A stretch of 64,000 nt of DNA from Promethearchaeota archaeon (lineage in GTDB: Archaea; Asgardarchaeota; Thorarchaeia; Thorarchaeales; Thorarchaeaceae): contig JBHLPF010000004.1 in NCBI GenBank assembly GCA_048939765.1, positions 1-64,000 on the forward strand, written 5' to 3'. Within the stretch, counting starts at the first letter, position 1. Each line of letters starts with the position of its first letter. Of this stretch, positions 48,372 through 58,339 are shown in pieces. The notes under the pieces are model-generated. The model was given only the letters and a program-made list of their open reading frames with translations, ran no database searches and was not told where the DNA came from. The position numbers were made by a program, and so were the translations under genes.

Positions 48372-49385
48372 TCATATCTCCACAAGCACTTTCACTTCAT
48401 TACTCTCAGGCTGGGTCAGTGCTTTGAACCCTTCCTCGACAATATCATCCAGAGGGATAACCTTCGTGATATAAGGCGTCGGGTCAATTGTCCTGTTGCC
48501 CAACAAGTCAATCGCTTCTTGGAACTCTGCGTATCCCAAATAACTGAACTGTACAGTCAGTTCGTTCAGAACGCCCGTCATGAAGTCTGCTTCCACAGGC
48601 TCTTCGCTTATTCCTATAATCAGTATTGTCCCTCCTCTCTTTACCAACTGAAAGGCGTCTGCAGTTGGTCCGGGCGCACCTGTACATTCCACCACTAGGT
48701 CTACTCCCATGCCTGCTGTGAGAGCCTCTATCCTCAGAGACACTGACTCATTCTTCGCATTGATGACTGACTCTATTCCCGCCTCTCTTGCCATTTCTAA
48801 TCTCCCTTGTTTGATTTCAGAAGCATAGATTGCAGACGCTCCTTTGAATCTAGCATACTGTAGACTCAGTAGTCCTATTGGGCCTGTCCCTTGGACAAGA
48901 ACCGTTTCTCCAGACTTGAAGGCTGTTCTTCTGAAGCCTCTGACTACTATAGAGAGTGGCTCGACAAAGGCCCCGGTCTTGTAGTCGATTGAATCGGGCA
49001 GGTGGTATAGGACGACTTCAGGCAGAGCAACAAGCTCAGCTAATCCTCCATTCATGGATATCCCTACCATCTGCATATCTTCGCAAATCGAATGCCTATT
49101 CTTCGTACAGAAGGTGCATCTGCCACAAGGAATCAAGGGATTTGGAACCACTCTATCTCCCCTCTTCCATTTGCTCACCCTCTCTCCCACATCCACGACT
49201 TCTCCTGTGAACTCGTGACCCATGATAAGGCCGCCCTCGTACATCCCATATTCCCATGCACTCAGGTCTGTGCCACAGATGCCTACATACTTCGGTTTCA
49301 CTAACACATCAGCGGATCCCACCTCAGGCTCTGGAACATCTTTTACTTGGATGTCGTCTGCCCCCTCGTAGACTGCCGCCTTCAA
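48372..49385 (-). CDS. Zinc-dependent (MDR) alcohol/butanediol dehydrogenase
   Basis: GICGTD, GHEFTG, CGRCTFC...C, GTGPIG, ECTG. Confidence 0.9.
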   Translation of the reverse strand: MKAAVYEGADDIQVKDVPEPEVGSADVLVKPKYVGICGTDLSAWEYGMYEGGLIMGHEFTGEVVDVGERVSKWKRGDRVVPNPLIPCGRCTFCTKNRHSICEDMQMVGISMNGGLAELVALPEVVLYHLPDSIDYKTGAFVEPLSIVVRGFRRTAFKSGETVLVQGTGPIGLLSLQYARFKGASAIYASEIKQGRLEMAREAGIESVINAKNESVSLRIEALTAGMGVDLVVECTGAPGPTADAFQLVKRGGTILIIGISEEPVEADFMTGVLNELTVQFSYLGYAEFQEAIDLLGNRTIDPTPYITKVIPLDDIVEEGFKALTQPESNEVKVLVEI

Positions 49386-51110
49386 TTACTCATCACCTGG
49401 TAGCTGGCAGCCCTCGAGCCACAGAGATGCCACGGAGTCAAAGTCAGGTGGCTTAAGATTGATGTCAGGATCAATGACAACATCAATGACTGAAGGCAGT
49501 CCTGATTCCTTTGCTTTCTCAAGAGCCTCTGTAATGTCTTCGGGCTTTTCCACTCTTATTCCAAAACAGCCCATTGACTCTGCAATCTTATCATATCTGA
49601 CATCAACGAAGTCGACTCCTACATATCTTTCATCGTAGAGACCTCTCTGACCTGCCTTAATCATGCCGTATGCTCTATCATTCGCCACTATGACTGTGAA
49701 CGCGACTCTCGCACGGCGAGCGGTTTCGAGCTCCTGTACATTGAACATGAATGCTCCGTCACCGGAGATAACGTACACATCCTTATCGGGATGGGCAAGT
49801 TTCGACCCAATTGCATATCCAGTACCTACTCCGAGATGCCCTGAGTCTGAAGGCCAAAGAAAGGTCCTAGGTTCATAGATTCTGTTTAGGTAGTTGGCCC
49901 ACACAACAATGTTGCCGCCATCAGCAATTGATATTGCATCTCGCGGGTAGAACTCACGAACTGCCTGTACTAGCTTGAGCGGATGGATTGGTACATCGTT
50001 TGATTTGCCCTGTTCCATGAAGTCCTCAAGCCAATTCTCTTGAGCCTCGCTGCAATCCGCCATCTCCGGTCTCGGTTTAGCTTTTGGATTCTTCTTTAGT
50101 ATCTTAAGCAGCTCTGCGAGAGTGGTTTTCGCATCTCCTACAATGGCCAGATCAACGACTCGGTTTAGAGCGATCATCTCGGGAGCGATATCAATCTGAA
50201 TCAATTTCTGGTCTGCGCATTCACCCCATGCAGGCGTTCTTCCCCAGAAATCCAGATCGCCCAGTTTTCCTCCCACAAGGAGCACAAGATCTGACTGACA
50301 TTGAGCCCCAATAGCGCCGAAACTGGCTGGATAGAGTGAGAGTGGATGATCCTCAGGAATTGAGCCTCTGGCTCCTACTGAAGTTGTGACAGGAGCTTGT
50401 AGATGTTCTGCAACTGCAATCAGCTCTTGTGAGGCTTCAGACGCCAAGACCCCACCACCAGCATGAATCAAAGGAAACTGCGCTTTGACTAACATATCTG
50501 CGGCCTTTGCTATCAGGTCGAGGTTTCCCACAGGCCTGTGAGTTGCTCTGTATTGCTCTTTAGGCACAATTCCGTCTTCCAAAGTGCTATCATCGCACTT
50601 GAGATAGAGGATATCAGCGGGAATATCGATAAAGACAGGGCCTGGCTTTCCTGCGACGGCCTCTCTGAATGCCCAGTGAACAAGATGTGGAATCCTCTGC
50701 CAATGTGAAACTGTAGCACCCCATTTAGTAATTGGTTTGAATAGATTGAGCTGGTCAAGACCCTGCGAACTACCATGGTCTGGATGGATTCTCCACGATT
50801 GGTTTTGAGCGCAAATCACGATCATTGGGATGCTGTCCGCAAATGCAGGGTAGACGCCCGGCACAAGATCGGCTGCTCCAGGTCCAACCGTACCTAGACA
50901 TACGCCTGGATTTCCAGTTGTTCTAGCCCATGCATCTGCAGCATGAGCCGCAGCCTGTTCGTGTCTAAATGTTATGAACTCAATCCCATCTGAGGTGTGC
51001 AACGAGTCAAGTAATGGGTACAGCTGATCGCCGGGTACACCGAAGACGTACTTGACACCTTCCTCAATGAGACACCTGGCGAGAACCTCGCCGCCTGTCG
51101 ACATAGTCAT
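49386..51110 (-). CDS. Thiamine-pyrophosphate enzyme (acetolactate synthase / 2-hydroxyacyl-CoA lyase / benzaldehyde lyase superfamily)
   Basis: VFGVPG, RHEQAAAHAADAWAR, GKPGPVFIDIP, GDGAFMFN..ELET...NDRAYGMI. Confidence 0.9.
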   Translation of the reverse strand: MTMSTGGEVLARCLIEEGVKYVFGVPGDQLYPLLDSLHTSDGIEFITFRHEQAAAHAADAWARTTGNPGVCLGTVGPGAADLVPGVYPAFADSIPMIVICAQNQSWRIHPDHGSSQGLDQLNLFKPITKWGATVSHWQRIPHLVHWAFREAVAGKPGPVFIDIPADILYLKCDDSTLEDGIVPKEQYRATHRPVGNLDLIAKAADMLVKAQFPLIHAGGGVLASEASQELIAVAEHLQAPVTTSVGARGSIPEDHPLSLYPASFGAIGAQCQSDLVLLVGGKLGDLDFWGRTPAWGECADQKLIQIDIAPEMIALNRVVDLAIVGDAKTTLAELLKILKKNPKAKPRPEMADCSEAQENWLEDFMEQGKSNDVPIHPLKLVQAVREFYPRDAISIADGGNIVVWANYLNRIYEPRTFLWPSDSGHLGVGTGYAIGSKLAHPDKDVYVISGDGAFMFNVQELETARRARVAFTVIVANDRAYGMIKAGQRGLYDERYVGVDFVDVRYDKIAESMGCFGIRVEKPEDITEALEKAKESGLPSVIDVVIDPDINLKPPDFDSVASLWLEGCQLPGDE

Positions 51111-51248
51111 TTTCTCTCTCCTCTCCGGATGGAGTCCTCTCCTGTCTAATTGGAACGGCTGGATTTATCCATTCCGAGTCTGCCTGGTTGATGAAACGGC
51201 AATTTGCAGAATATATCGATTGTGAGTCGGCGAATCTAATATATTGGA

Positions 51249-51269
51249 AGTTTGATATGATATCGAACT
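51249..51269. promoter_or_regulatory. Near-perfect palindrome in divergent promoter
   Basis: AGTTTGATAT-G-ATATCGAACT (one mismatch). Confidence 0.45.
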
Positions 51270-51304
51270 GCAATTGAGCAAGCAAGGAAAGGAAAGAGTC
51301 TCGT

Positions 51305-52390
51305 ATGTCAAAGGATCCCTATGAGCAACTTGCAGAGACGCTAGATAAAATCCCTAATAGCTTCACTCCAACCGAAGATGGTAGTCATCTTAGGTTGTTA
51401 GAATGGATCTTTACTCCAGAGGAAGCCATCCTGGCTAGCCACATGAAGATACGCGGTGAAACAGCCGATGAGATTGCTGATCGGCTTGGCATCTATGTAG
51501 AGGGTTTGGAGAGTCGACTTGAAGAGATGGCTAATAAGGGTCAGATTCGGGCATGGAGTTCAAGCACAGGCCGAAGATACGCCCTCCTGCCTTTTGTTGT
51601 AGGTATTCATGACGAACAGATAGACCGTATGGACGGTGAATATGCCCAGCTCATAGAAGATTACTTGGACAGTAGCAGGTTCGAGGGACTGTGGGGCAAT
51701 GCGCCTGCATTGTTTAAGGTGATTCCGATTCATCGGACAATTAGTACTGATTTGGAAATCCACCCATATGAGATGGCTGAACAGATTATTGAGAATTCAA
51801 AGTCATGGGGAGTTCGCGAGTGCATCTGTAAGAAGCAACAGAAGCTGCTAGGAAATCCCTGCAAACATGGCATGTCGAAATGTATCCAACTTCATCCCCG
51901 AAAAGAAAACGCGTTTGATGAGACTGATTTGACCGAGGCGATAACAAAGGAGGAAGCTCTCAAGATTCTACGTGAAGCTGAAGAGGCAGGACTTGTTCAC
52001 TGCTCAATGAATACGCAGACAGATCACTTCTACATCTGCAACTGTTGCACGTGCTGCTGCTTGCCATTGAGAGGACTGACTAAGTGGGATCAGCCCTATG
52101 CATTCGTTCGGTCTAACTTTCAGGCAGCTGTCAAGACTGAGCTTTGTCCGGGGTGTGGTTCATGTTTGAGCCAATGTCCCCTTGATGCATTGAGCATACC
52201 CGAAGATGTCGTTCAAGTCAACGCAGAGCGATGCATAGGATGCGGTGTCTGTACTATTAGCTGCCCAGAGAACGCTCTGCAATTAGTGCCTCGCGACTCC
52301 AAGGAGAAGGACACGCCTCCGGAGTCTCTGATGGAGTGGGGAATTCTCAAAGCCTTCTCACGCGGAATAGATCCGTCTGATTTGGGGTAG
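51305..52390 (+). CDS. Fe-S cluster protein (N-terminal wHTH-like region, CxC/CNCCxCCC cluster, 2x[4Fe-4S] ferredoxin)
   Basis: CICK, ICNCCTCCC, CPGCGSCLSQCP, CIGCGVCTISCP. Confidence 0.85.
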   Translation: MSKDPYEQLAETLDKIPNSFTPTEDGSHLRLLEWIFTPEEAILASHMKIRGETADEIADRLGIYVEGLESRLEEMANKGQIRAWSSSTGRRYALLPFVVGIHDEQIDRMDGEYAQLIEDYLDSSRFEGLWGNAPALFKVIPIHRTISTDLEIHPYEMAEQIIENSKSWGVRECICKKQQKLLGNPCKHGMSKCIQLHPRKENAFDETDLTEAITKEEALKILREAEEAGLVHCSMNTQTDHFYICNCCTCCCLPLRGLTKWDQPYAFVRSNFQAAVKTELCPGCGSCLSQCPLDALSIPEDVVQVNAERCIGCGVCTISCPENALQLVPRDSKEKDTPPESLMEWGILKAFSRGIDPSDLG

Positions 52391-52403
52391 AATCAATGTG
52401 GTT

Positions 52404-53357
52404 TCACTCAAGACCACATCGTTTCTTCAGAAGATCCCAATCATGATTGACTTGATCCTGAATCTGCTTCTTGAAGCCGTCCCACTTCGAGTCCTTCAAG
52501 TGTCTGAACTGGCCTTGCGTTTCCCAGTACTCTTCAAGCGGCTTTAGCTCCTTCAGGTTCTTGCTAGGGCTCGACATCACCCACTCTTCACCATCAATCA
52601 CTTCATAGAGTGGATGAATACCGGTTTCAACAGCCAATTTTGCAAGCTCGATGCTTCTTCCACTTGGAGACCTCCAACCTCGAGGACATGGAGAGAACGC
52701 ATGAATGAATGCAGGACCATCGACTTCAATTGCCCTCCTGAACTTCGTAACAAAGTCGCGGTAGTGATAGGGGTCGACTGTCGCCACATAGGGAATCCTA
52801 TGGGCCGCCACTATCTCAGCGATTGGTTTCTTCCGCTCTCGCTTACCCGGTTCGACCTTGCCAGCCCAAGATGTGGTGGTTTCCTGACCAGGCAGAGTGG
52901 CTCCGGAACGCTGGATACCTGTGTTCTGATAGGCACCATTGTCGTAGACCATATAGACTATGTCATGTCCACGCTCAAGCATTCCGCTGAGGCTACCAAA
53001 CCCAATGTCAAAGGTCCCTCCATCTCCGCCTATAGCAATGACATCGACATGCTCATGCTCATAACGACCTTTTTCACGCATCACATCCATGGCTTCGATG
53101 ACGCCTGATGCGACTGCCGGGGCATTCTCAAAGGCCACATGAATCCACGGGATCTCCCAAGCAGTGTAGGGATAGATTGTTGTAGCGACCTCAAGACATC
53201 CAGTAGCCTCGCACACAATGGTTGGTCCTCTGAGTGCCATGCCCATCAATTTCACAACAGTAGGTGCAGCACACCCAGCGCACATCCTATGACCAGAGGA
53301 CAGAATTGGGCTCTTCTTTAGCATGTCTTTGATGCTTACTGCTGCTGGTTCTGTCAT
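52404..53357 (-). CDS. porB: Pyruvate/2-oxoacid:ferredoxin oxidoreductase beta subunit
   Basis: GHRMCAGC, ATGCLEV, FENAPAVASG, GGDGGT.DIG, YDNGAYQNTG.QRS, SPCPRGW. Confidence 0.92.
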   Translation of the reverse strand: MTEPAAVSIKDMLKKSPILSSGHRMCAGCAAPTVVKLMGMALRGPTIVCEATGCLEVATTIYPYTAWEIPWIHVAFENAPAVASGVIEAMDVMREKGRYEHEHVDVIAIGGDGGTFDIGFGSLSGMLERGHDIVYMVYDNGAYQNTGIQRSGATLPGQETTTSWAGKVEPGKRERKKPIAEIVAAHRIPYVATVDPYHYRDFVTKFRRAIEVDGPAFIHAFSPCPRGWRSPSGRSIELAKLAVETGIHPLYEVIDGEEWVMSSPSKNLKELKPLEEYWETQGQFRHLKDSKWDGFKKQIQDQVNHDWDLLKKRCGLE

Positions 53358-54550
53358 TATTTGCGCACCCCCAGAGTTTCGTACAACGGAGTTTTTCCTT
53401 TCTCGATGTACTTCTTTGTCATCTCGATGCCTTCCACGAAGGTCTGTGGGGGAACATCACGCCCTCCAAGACCAACCACGAAGTCGGTAACAAGAGGTCT
53501 TTTCTCAAGGTCGTAGAGTGCACTTCTGACCTCCATAGCCAACGGATTTGTGACCCCGCCAAACGACATAGCCTTCTCGAAGACCATGACTGCCTTTGCA
53601 CCGCTCACCACCTTTGCGATGTCCTTCGCAGGGAATGGGCGGAACATCTTGAGTCGAACTACGCCGACCTTGTCGCCTTGCTCCCGTAATACGTCTGCAA
53701 CTGCCTTGGCTGTCCCTCCCATAGTGCTCATTGCGAGAATGATGATGTCCGCATCTTTGGTCTTGTGGGTTTCGAACATTCCGTAGGAGCGACCTGTCAG
53801 TTTCTTGAATTCCGCCTCCACCTTCTTGTAGCTTTTGATGACTCTCCCCATGGCCCTGTCCTGCTGTTCCTTGAACTCGAAGTAGTAGTCAGTGAGAGCC
53901 AGGGGTCCCATGGTGATTGGATTCTTTGGGTCCAGAGGTTGGACGGGTACCCTTACACCGAGAAACTCCTTGATCTCATTATCGGGAAGCATCTCTACCC
54001 TCTCGACATTGTGGCTGAGAATGAAACCGTCAATTCCGACCATCACAGGAAGTAGGATATCATGATCCTCAGCGAGTTTGAATGCCATGATGGTTGTGTC
54101 ATAGGCTTCCTGGGAGCTCTGACAGTAGAGCTGGATGAATCCGCTGTCTCTCATTCCCATACCGTCCGAGTGGTCGTTGTGGATGTTTATGGGTGCTGAG
54201 AGCGCGCGGTTCGCCACAGTGAATACAATAGGCATTCTCATGGATGCAGCACAGTATAGGATCTCCCACATCAAGGCTAGACCAGCAGATGCAGAGGCCG
54301 TTGCCACTCTTGCACCAACCGCAGATGCTCCCACACAGGCTGACATTGCGCTGTGTTCAGACTCTACAGGAATGACTCTAGTGTGAACTTCACCATTCGC
54401 TGCAAATCTCTGGAAGTCCTCTACGATGATCGTCTGCGGAGTGATTGGATATGCAGCGAGCACATCAATATCGCATTGCTTCAGAGCATATGCGATGGCG
54501 GCGTCACCAGTCAGACCCTCAACTGTGATTTTGTCTTGCGATACTGTCAC
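53357..54550 (-). CDS. porA: Pyruvate/2-oxoacid:ferredoxin oxidoreductase alpha subunit
   Basis: AAYPITPQT, VESEHSAMS, NRALSAPINIH.DHSD, DGFILSH. Probable GTG start at 54550, right after porD. Confidence 0.92.
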   Translation of the reverse strand: MTVSQDKITVEGLTGDAAIAYALKQCDIDVLAAYPITPQTIIVEDFQRFAANGEVHTRVIPVESEHSAMSACVGASAVGARVATASASAGLALMWEILYCAASMRMPIVFTVANRALSAPINIHNDHSDGMGMRDSGFIQLYCQSSQEAYDTTIMAFKLAEDHDILLPVMVGIDGFILSHNVERVEMLPDNEIKEFLGVRVPVQPLDPKNPITMGPLALTDYYFEFKEQQDRAMGRVIKSYKKVEAEFKKLTGRSYGMFETHKTKDADIIILAMSTMGGTAKAVADVLREQGDKVGVVRLKMFRPFPAKDIAKVVSGAKAVMVFEKAMSFGGVTNPLAMEVRSALYDLEKRPLVTDFVVGLGGRDVPPQTFVEGIEMTKKYIEKGKTPLYETLGVRK

Positions 54551-54551
54551 T

Positions 54552-54851
54552 CTACTCACCTTCCATATGGATGCTGTCAGTGGGGCATTCATTGGCACAG
54601 ATGCCGCAACCCTTGCAGTAGTCATAATTGTACTCGTAGGAACGAGTGCCATCTTCATTCTCAATCAGTCTGACTGCCATATCGGGGCAGAATATCCAAC
54701 AGCGACCACAAGTTCCATTCTTCATCCAGAGACAGTTCGTATCATCATGTATGGGGCGCTCAGCTCTCCATCCACCTGTCAGATACTTCTTTGAGTTCCC
54801 TGGCTCAATGATGTTTCCAGCCATTGGTATCTCGTTGAATTTCTCGCTCAT
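54552..54851 (-). CDS. porD: 2-oxoacid:ferredoxin oxidoreductase delta (ferredoxin) subunit
   Basis: TGGWR..RP, C...CGRCWIFCPD, YDYCKGCGICANECP. Confidence 0.92.
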   Translation of the reverse strand: MSEKFNEIPMAGNIIEPGNSKKYLTGGWRAERPIHDDTNCLWMKNGTCGRCWIFCPDMAVRLIENEDGTRSYEYNYDYCKGCGICANECPTDSIHMEGE

Positions 54852-55423
54852 CCTATCTTTGCCTCCTCTACTGCTCTCTCCATAGCAGCCTCGTTCAGAT
54901 CACCTATCTTGCCTGGGTATCTCTCCAGAACCTCGTCAATGACCGTTTCAATCTTGACGACTCCTGAGGCCTTCACAGCCGCAGCCATCGTCGGCATGTT
55001 ATAGAATGGTCTGCCGAGAATCTCCATTGCAATGGATGTTGCATCAACTGTGACCACCTTGCCGCCCTTGAAGCCATACTTCTCACGCACCTCATCAGGG
55101 CTCAAAGTTGTGTTAAGAACAAGAGTTCCATCCTCCTTCAGTCCCTCTGACGGATTCACGACATCTAGCAGTGTCGGGTCAATGCACACAACTATGTCTG
55201 GAGCATAGACCTGTGCGTAGACCTGGATGGGCTTCTTGCTGATTCTCAGAAACGCCCGCACTGGGGCTCCGGTCCGCTCCGGCCCAAACTCGGGGAACGC
55301 CTGTATATAGTTGCCTTCCGCGAGAGCTGCTTTTCCAAGCATCTGGTTTGAGGTGACTACACCCTGTCCACCTCTGCCGTGCCAGCGGAACTCGGTGATT
55401 CCTTTTGCGAAGTCAAGTGCCAT
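54848..55423 (-). CDS. porG: 2-oxoacid:ferredoxin oxidoreductase gamma subunit
   Basis: RWHGRGGQG.VT, QAFPEFGPERTGAPV.AF.R. Confidence 0.92.
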   Translation of the reverse strand: MALDFAKGITEFRWHGRGGQGVVTSNQMLGKAALAEGNYIQAFPEFGPERTGAPVRAFLRISKKPIQVYAQVYAPDIVVCIDPTLLDVVNPSEGLKEDGTLVLNTTLSPDEVREKYGFKGGKVVTVDATSIAMEILGRPFYNMPTMAAAVKASGVVKIETVIDEVLERYPGKIGDLNEAAMERAVEEAKIG

Positions 55424-55576
55424 TGTTCTTCTTCACCTACGTGGGGAAGGTACGAGGGAGCCTCACTTCGCCCTGCTTAAGTATTTGATGGCCTGACCTC
55501 TGTACCTGCCCTCCACTGACTGTGTGACCCTTCACTGATGGGTCAAGATGGCGTAGCATGCCGACTTGATTCAGGA

Positions 55577-56308
55577 TTAACCTGCTTGGAGTGCCCGTCT
55601 CTGGAAGAAATTGCCTAGGAGTATGATCCACCACCCGATTGCGTGAGTGCTTACTACTGTTAGACCTATGCTGCTGAAGAACGAGTTCCAGCCTGGCATA
55701 TTCAGCAGCTGACTACTGCCCAGTAGGAGCTCTCCAAAGAACCAGATCAAGACGCCGATCAAAGTTAGCCATATCCACATCACTCGAGCAGTACCTTTGA
55801 TTCTATCTTGGCCAACATATCGAATAGTGGTGTAGAGTGGAATTAAGGCCATGTATATTGTCACAAAGACGACATCTGTGACTAACCACGCATCTCGATA
55901 TGGACTTGATACAATCGAAAAGGTGCCAATCATGAGCGCCTCGTAGACAATTGGCAGGATTAGGAGTACTATGACTAGCCATTTGCGTTCATTGATTAAG
56001 TCTGGCAAAGCCCAGATGAAGCAGTACACCGCCAATAGGAAAAGCCAGATGCCCCTTACCCCAAAGTCGATATATCGAGCAAGAGACCAATCCATTAGCG
56101 GCATATTCATTCGTTCCATTGTTACTACAAGCCATCCTATTGCCACGAAAAGGTATCCTAGAAAGGCTAGAAGTGAGAGAGTTCTAGTTCGACCCGAACC
56201 CCCAATGAAACCCCACAGCATGAGGAGAACCAGCAGGAAGATTGGAATCATCCCTATGATTCCCATGCTGTTTACTAGTAGTTCAAATTGCACAACAACA
56301 ACCTCCAC
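55577..56308 (-). CDS. Stand-alone 7-TM membrane protein (HisKA_7TM-like sensor topology)
   Basis: Seven hydrophobic segments in 243 aa; no soluble domain. Confidence 0.7.
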   Translation of the reverse strand: MEVVVVQFELLVNSMGIIGMIPIFLLVLLMLWGFIGGSGRTRTLSLLAFLGYLFVAIGWLVVTMERMNMPLMDWSLARYIDFGVRGIWLFLLAVYCFIWALPDLINERKWLVIVLLILPIVYEALMIGTFSIVSSPYRDAWLVTDVVFVTIYMALIPLYTTIRYVGQDRIKGTARVMWIWLTLIGVLIWFFGELLLGSSQLLNMPGWNSFFSSIGLTVVSTHAIGWWIILLGNFFQRRALQAG

Positions 56309-56385
56309 ACTTAACCACTCGGCATTGAACTACTATTTAAATAGTTTCAAAATGAAACCAAGCTTCTCTCATTGACTCACATAAA

Positions 56386-56529
56386 CTAGTCCAAGATGTC
56401 CTCCTTGAATTCTCTTGTCTTTTCATATTCCAGTTTTGCAATATAATAGCAAATAGCCGCTGCGACAGCCATCGGAATGATAAATCCGAGGAATATCACG
56501 GGGTGCAACGAGGGAGGTGGATAAGTCAT
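56386..56529 (-). CDS. Putative 47-aa single-TM microprotein
   Basis: Manual translation MTYPPPSLHPVIFLGFIIPMAVAAAICYYIAKLEYEKTREFKEDILD; co-oriented with both neighbours. Confidence 0.5.
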   Translation of the reverse strand: MTYPPPSLHPVIFLGFIIPMAVAAAICYYIAKLEYEKTREFKEDILD

Positions 56530-56588
56530 CAAACTAGTATATTGCTTCTGGGCTACTTATTCTTTGAGAACCAAGCATGAAAAGTGGT

Positions 56589-57878
56589 CTATGGTCTTCT
56601 CTTAATTATGCATAGAATGACCAAGAAGAGAGCTACGCTTAATGCCGATGCATAAGCAACTAACTCGGTAGCAATATCCTTGAGAGGCACATAGAGGACT
56701 GATACTTCCACAATGTCATTTGTACTGTTACCCGATCCATCTACGACAGAAAGGATGAGAGTGTAGTCGCCAGGTTCCAAGTATCCCAGATTGACGCTGT
56801 ATTCATCATCAATCCAAGCACGTGTCCAGATAGGGTCTGCATTTATACGGATTGCGTATTCCAGCGGAAATGCGTCTCTTGGATACCATGTGACATTTAT
56901 GTTGTCGCCTTCAAACATCTCAATATTGTCTGGAGAATTGATGGTGGGACCTTCTCGATCAATCAATAGTGTTGGAAGGAGGTCTTGGGCGTTGGAAACT
57001 CCACTGACATTGTAGGGACCAGGCGATGCATAATCGGACCATGAGTTGTCATGCCACGTATTGTTATTGCCATTGTCCTCAGCGTTGACAGAGGAAAAAG
57101 TGCGTATGTCATTCCAACCAACCTCGTTTGATAGGAACGCATTGTAAGAAGATGTATTATCCGCCATGAATCCTGCATGAGTGTTCCCATAGATTCTGTT
57201 GGCAGAGAAAAGACATCGGGAGGTATTGGTCAAGACAACTCCTAGTTCATGGTGATATATAGAATTGCCTTCAGCCGTGATATTGAGCGAAGCGATGAAT
57301 CTCAGTCCGTACTCACCTTCGCATATGGCATTTTCAAGAATCCGTAGATTTCTTGTCTGCGATCCATGAATTCCTTCGTAGCCCCCGATTATGATGTTTT
57401 CCTCAAGAGTGCCGTTCTGTACATCTGTGAGCCGAATTGCCGGGAGCGGGGTACGAGATGGGTACGATGTGATTCTGCAGTTTCTAATGACAAAACTGAC
57501 GTTGACATCTGAGATCCAAATACATGTTTCTTCCGAGGTTGAGATGTTGAGCCTCTCAATGATGTAGGGATTCGACTCTGTCCCATCACCGGGAAAACCA
57601 TATCTGACAAAGTCATCAGCATTCTGGATGAGTATCGGTTCCCAATCCTCATATTGCGCCGGCACGAAGTCAGTTCTTGCATCAAGGACCACGACTTCTC
57701 CTCCGAGGCAAATTGATTGGGCGGAGGAAGCCAAAACAGGGGTGAGCAAAAGCAACACAAGTGTAGGAGGGAGCCACTGTTTCTTCCTTCCAACACCTAA
57801 CACCAAACCACCGCTTTTCAGTACCTCTGCAATGCAGAAAACGATTTCCCTGTAAGCCTTTTCCCTTGGTCTGTTCAT
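56589..57878 (-). CDS. Surface protein with right-handed parallel beta-helix (NosD/PbH1), Ig-like domain and C-terminal TM anchor
   Basis: GDGTESNPYIIE, repeated I..N.I....GI units, PGDYTL.L.V.DGSGN, TM plus KRR. The real start is probably ~25 codons downstream. Confidence 0.82.
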   Translation of the reverse strand: MNRPREKAYREIVFCIAEVLKSGGLVLGVGRKKQWLPPTLVLLLLTPVLASSAQSICLGGEVVVLDARTDFVPAQYEDWEPILIQNADDFVRYGFPGDGTESNPYIIERLNISTSEETCIWISDVNVSFVIRNCRITSYPSRTPLPAIRLTDVQNGTLEENIIIGGYEGIHGSQTRNLRILENAICEGEYGLRFIASLNITAEGNSIYHHELGVVLTNTSRCLFSANRIYGNTHAGFMADNTSSYNAFLSNEVGWNDIRTFSSVNAEDNGNNNTWHDNSWSDYASPGPYNVSGVSNAQDLLPTLLIDREGPTINSPDNIEMFEGDNINVTWYPRDAFPLEYAIRINADPIWTRAWIDDEYSVNLGYLEPGDYTLILSVVDGSGNSTNDIVEVSVLYVPLKDIATELVAYASALSVALFLVILCIIKRRP

Positions 57879-58249
57879 ACTGGGGGCATAACGATGATTT
57901 GAACACTGGTCAGCGGTCTATTCGTTTCAGGGTCTGCAGCCTCAAAAGTATCGAAGGTCATCTCGTACACAAACCTGCTCTCCCTCTTCTTCAGTTCATG
58001 CGCAACCCTGACAGAGAGGCCAACTCCCTTGAATCCGTATCCCCGGATTGCCACCATTCTCTTGTCATCCCTTACCAGATCTCGAATCGTGTTAGATATC
58101 TTTGGAATGTCTACTCTTCCAGCATTCGGTGAGATCTCAAGGAGGATATACTCCGCCGTTGGAAAGACTTCGACATCGTCCTTGACAGTGATGGCAACCA
58201 TCTCATCTCTTAGTCTGAGTTGTTCAGGAATCCGATTTCGGAGCGACAT
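57875..58249 (-). CDS. Divergent Alba-fold nucleic-acid-binding protein
   Basis: VAIRGYG..G...VRVAHELK...F.TFE......R.LTSVQIIV matches the Alba/Rpp20/SpoVS pattern. Confidence 0.6.
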   Translation of the reverse strand: MSLRNRIPEQLRLRDEMVAITVKDDVEVFPTAEYILLEISPNAGRVDIPKISNTIRDLVRDDKRMVAIRGYGFKGVGLSVRVAHELKKRESRFVYEMTFDTFEAADPETNRPLTSVQIIVMPPV

Positions 58250-58339
58250 ATTTGATTTATCTCCAGACTCTTTAATCAACATTCTGAGGACAGAGGATAT
58301 AACTCAATCCTCATATGTGAACTATAGATTACCTGACAC

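Noticed and set aside
54551-54664. Long N-terminal extension of porA overlapping porD
   Set aside because: Alternate-frame overlap with porD; the GTG at 54550 with an SD is the plausible start.
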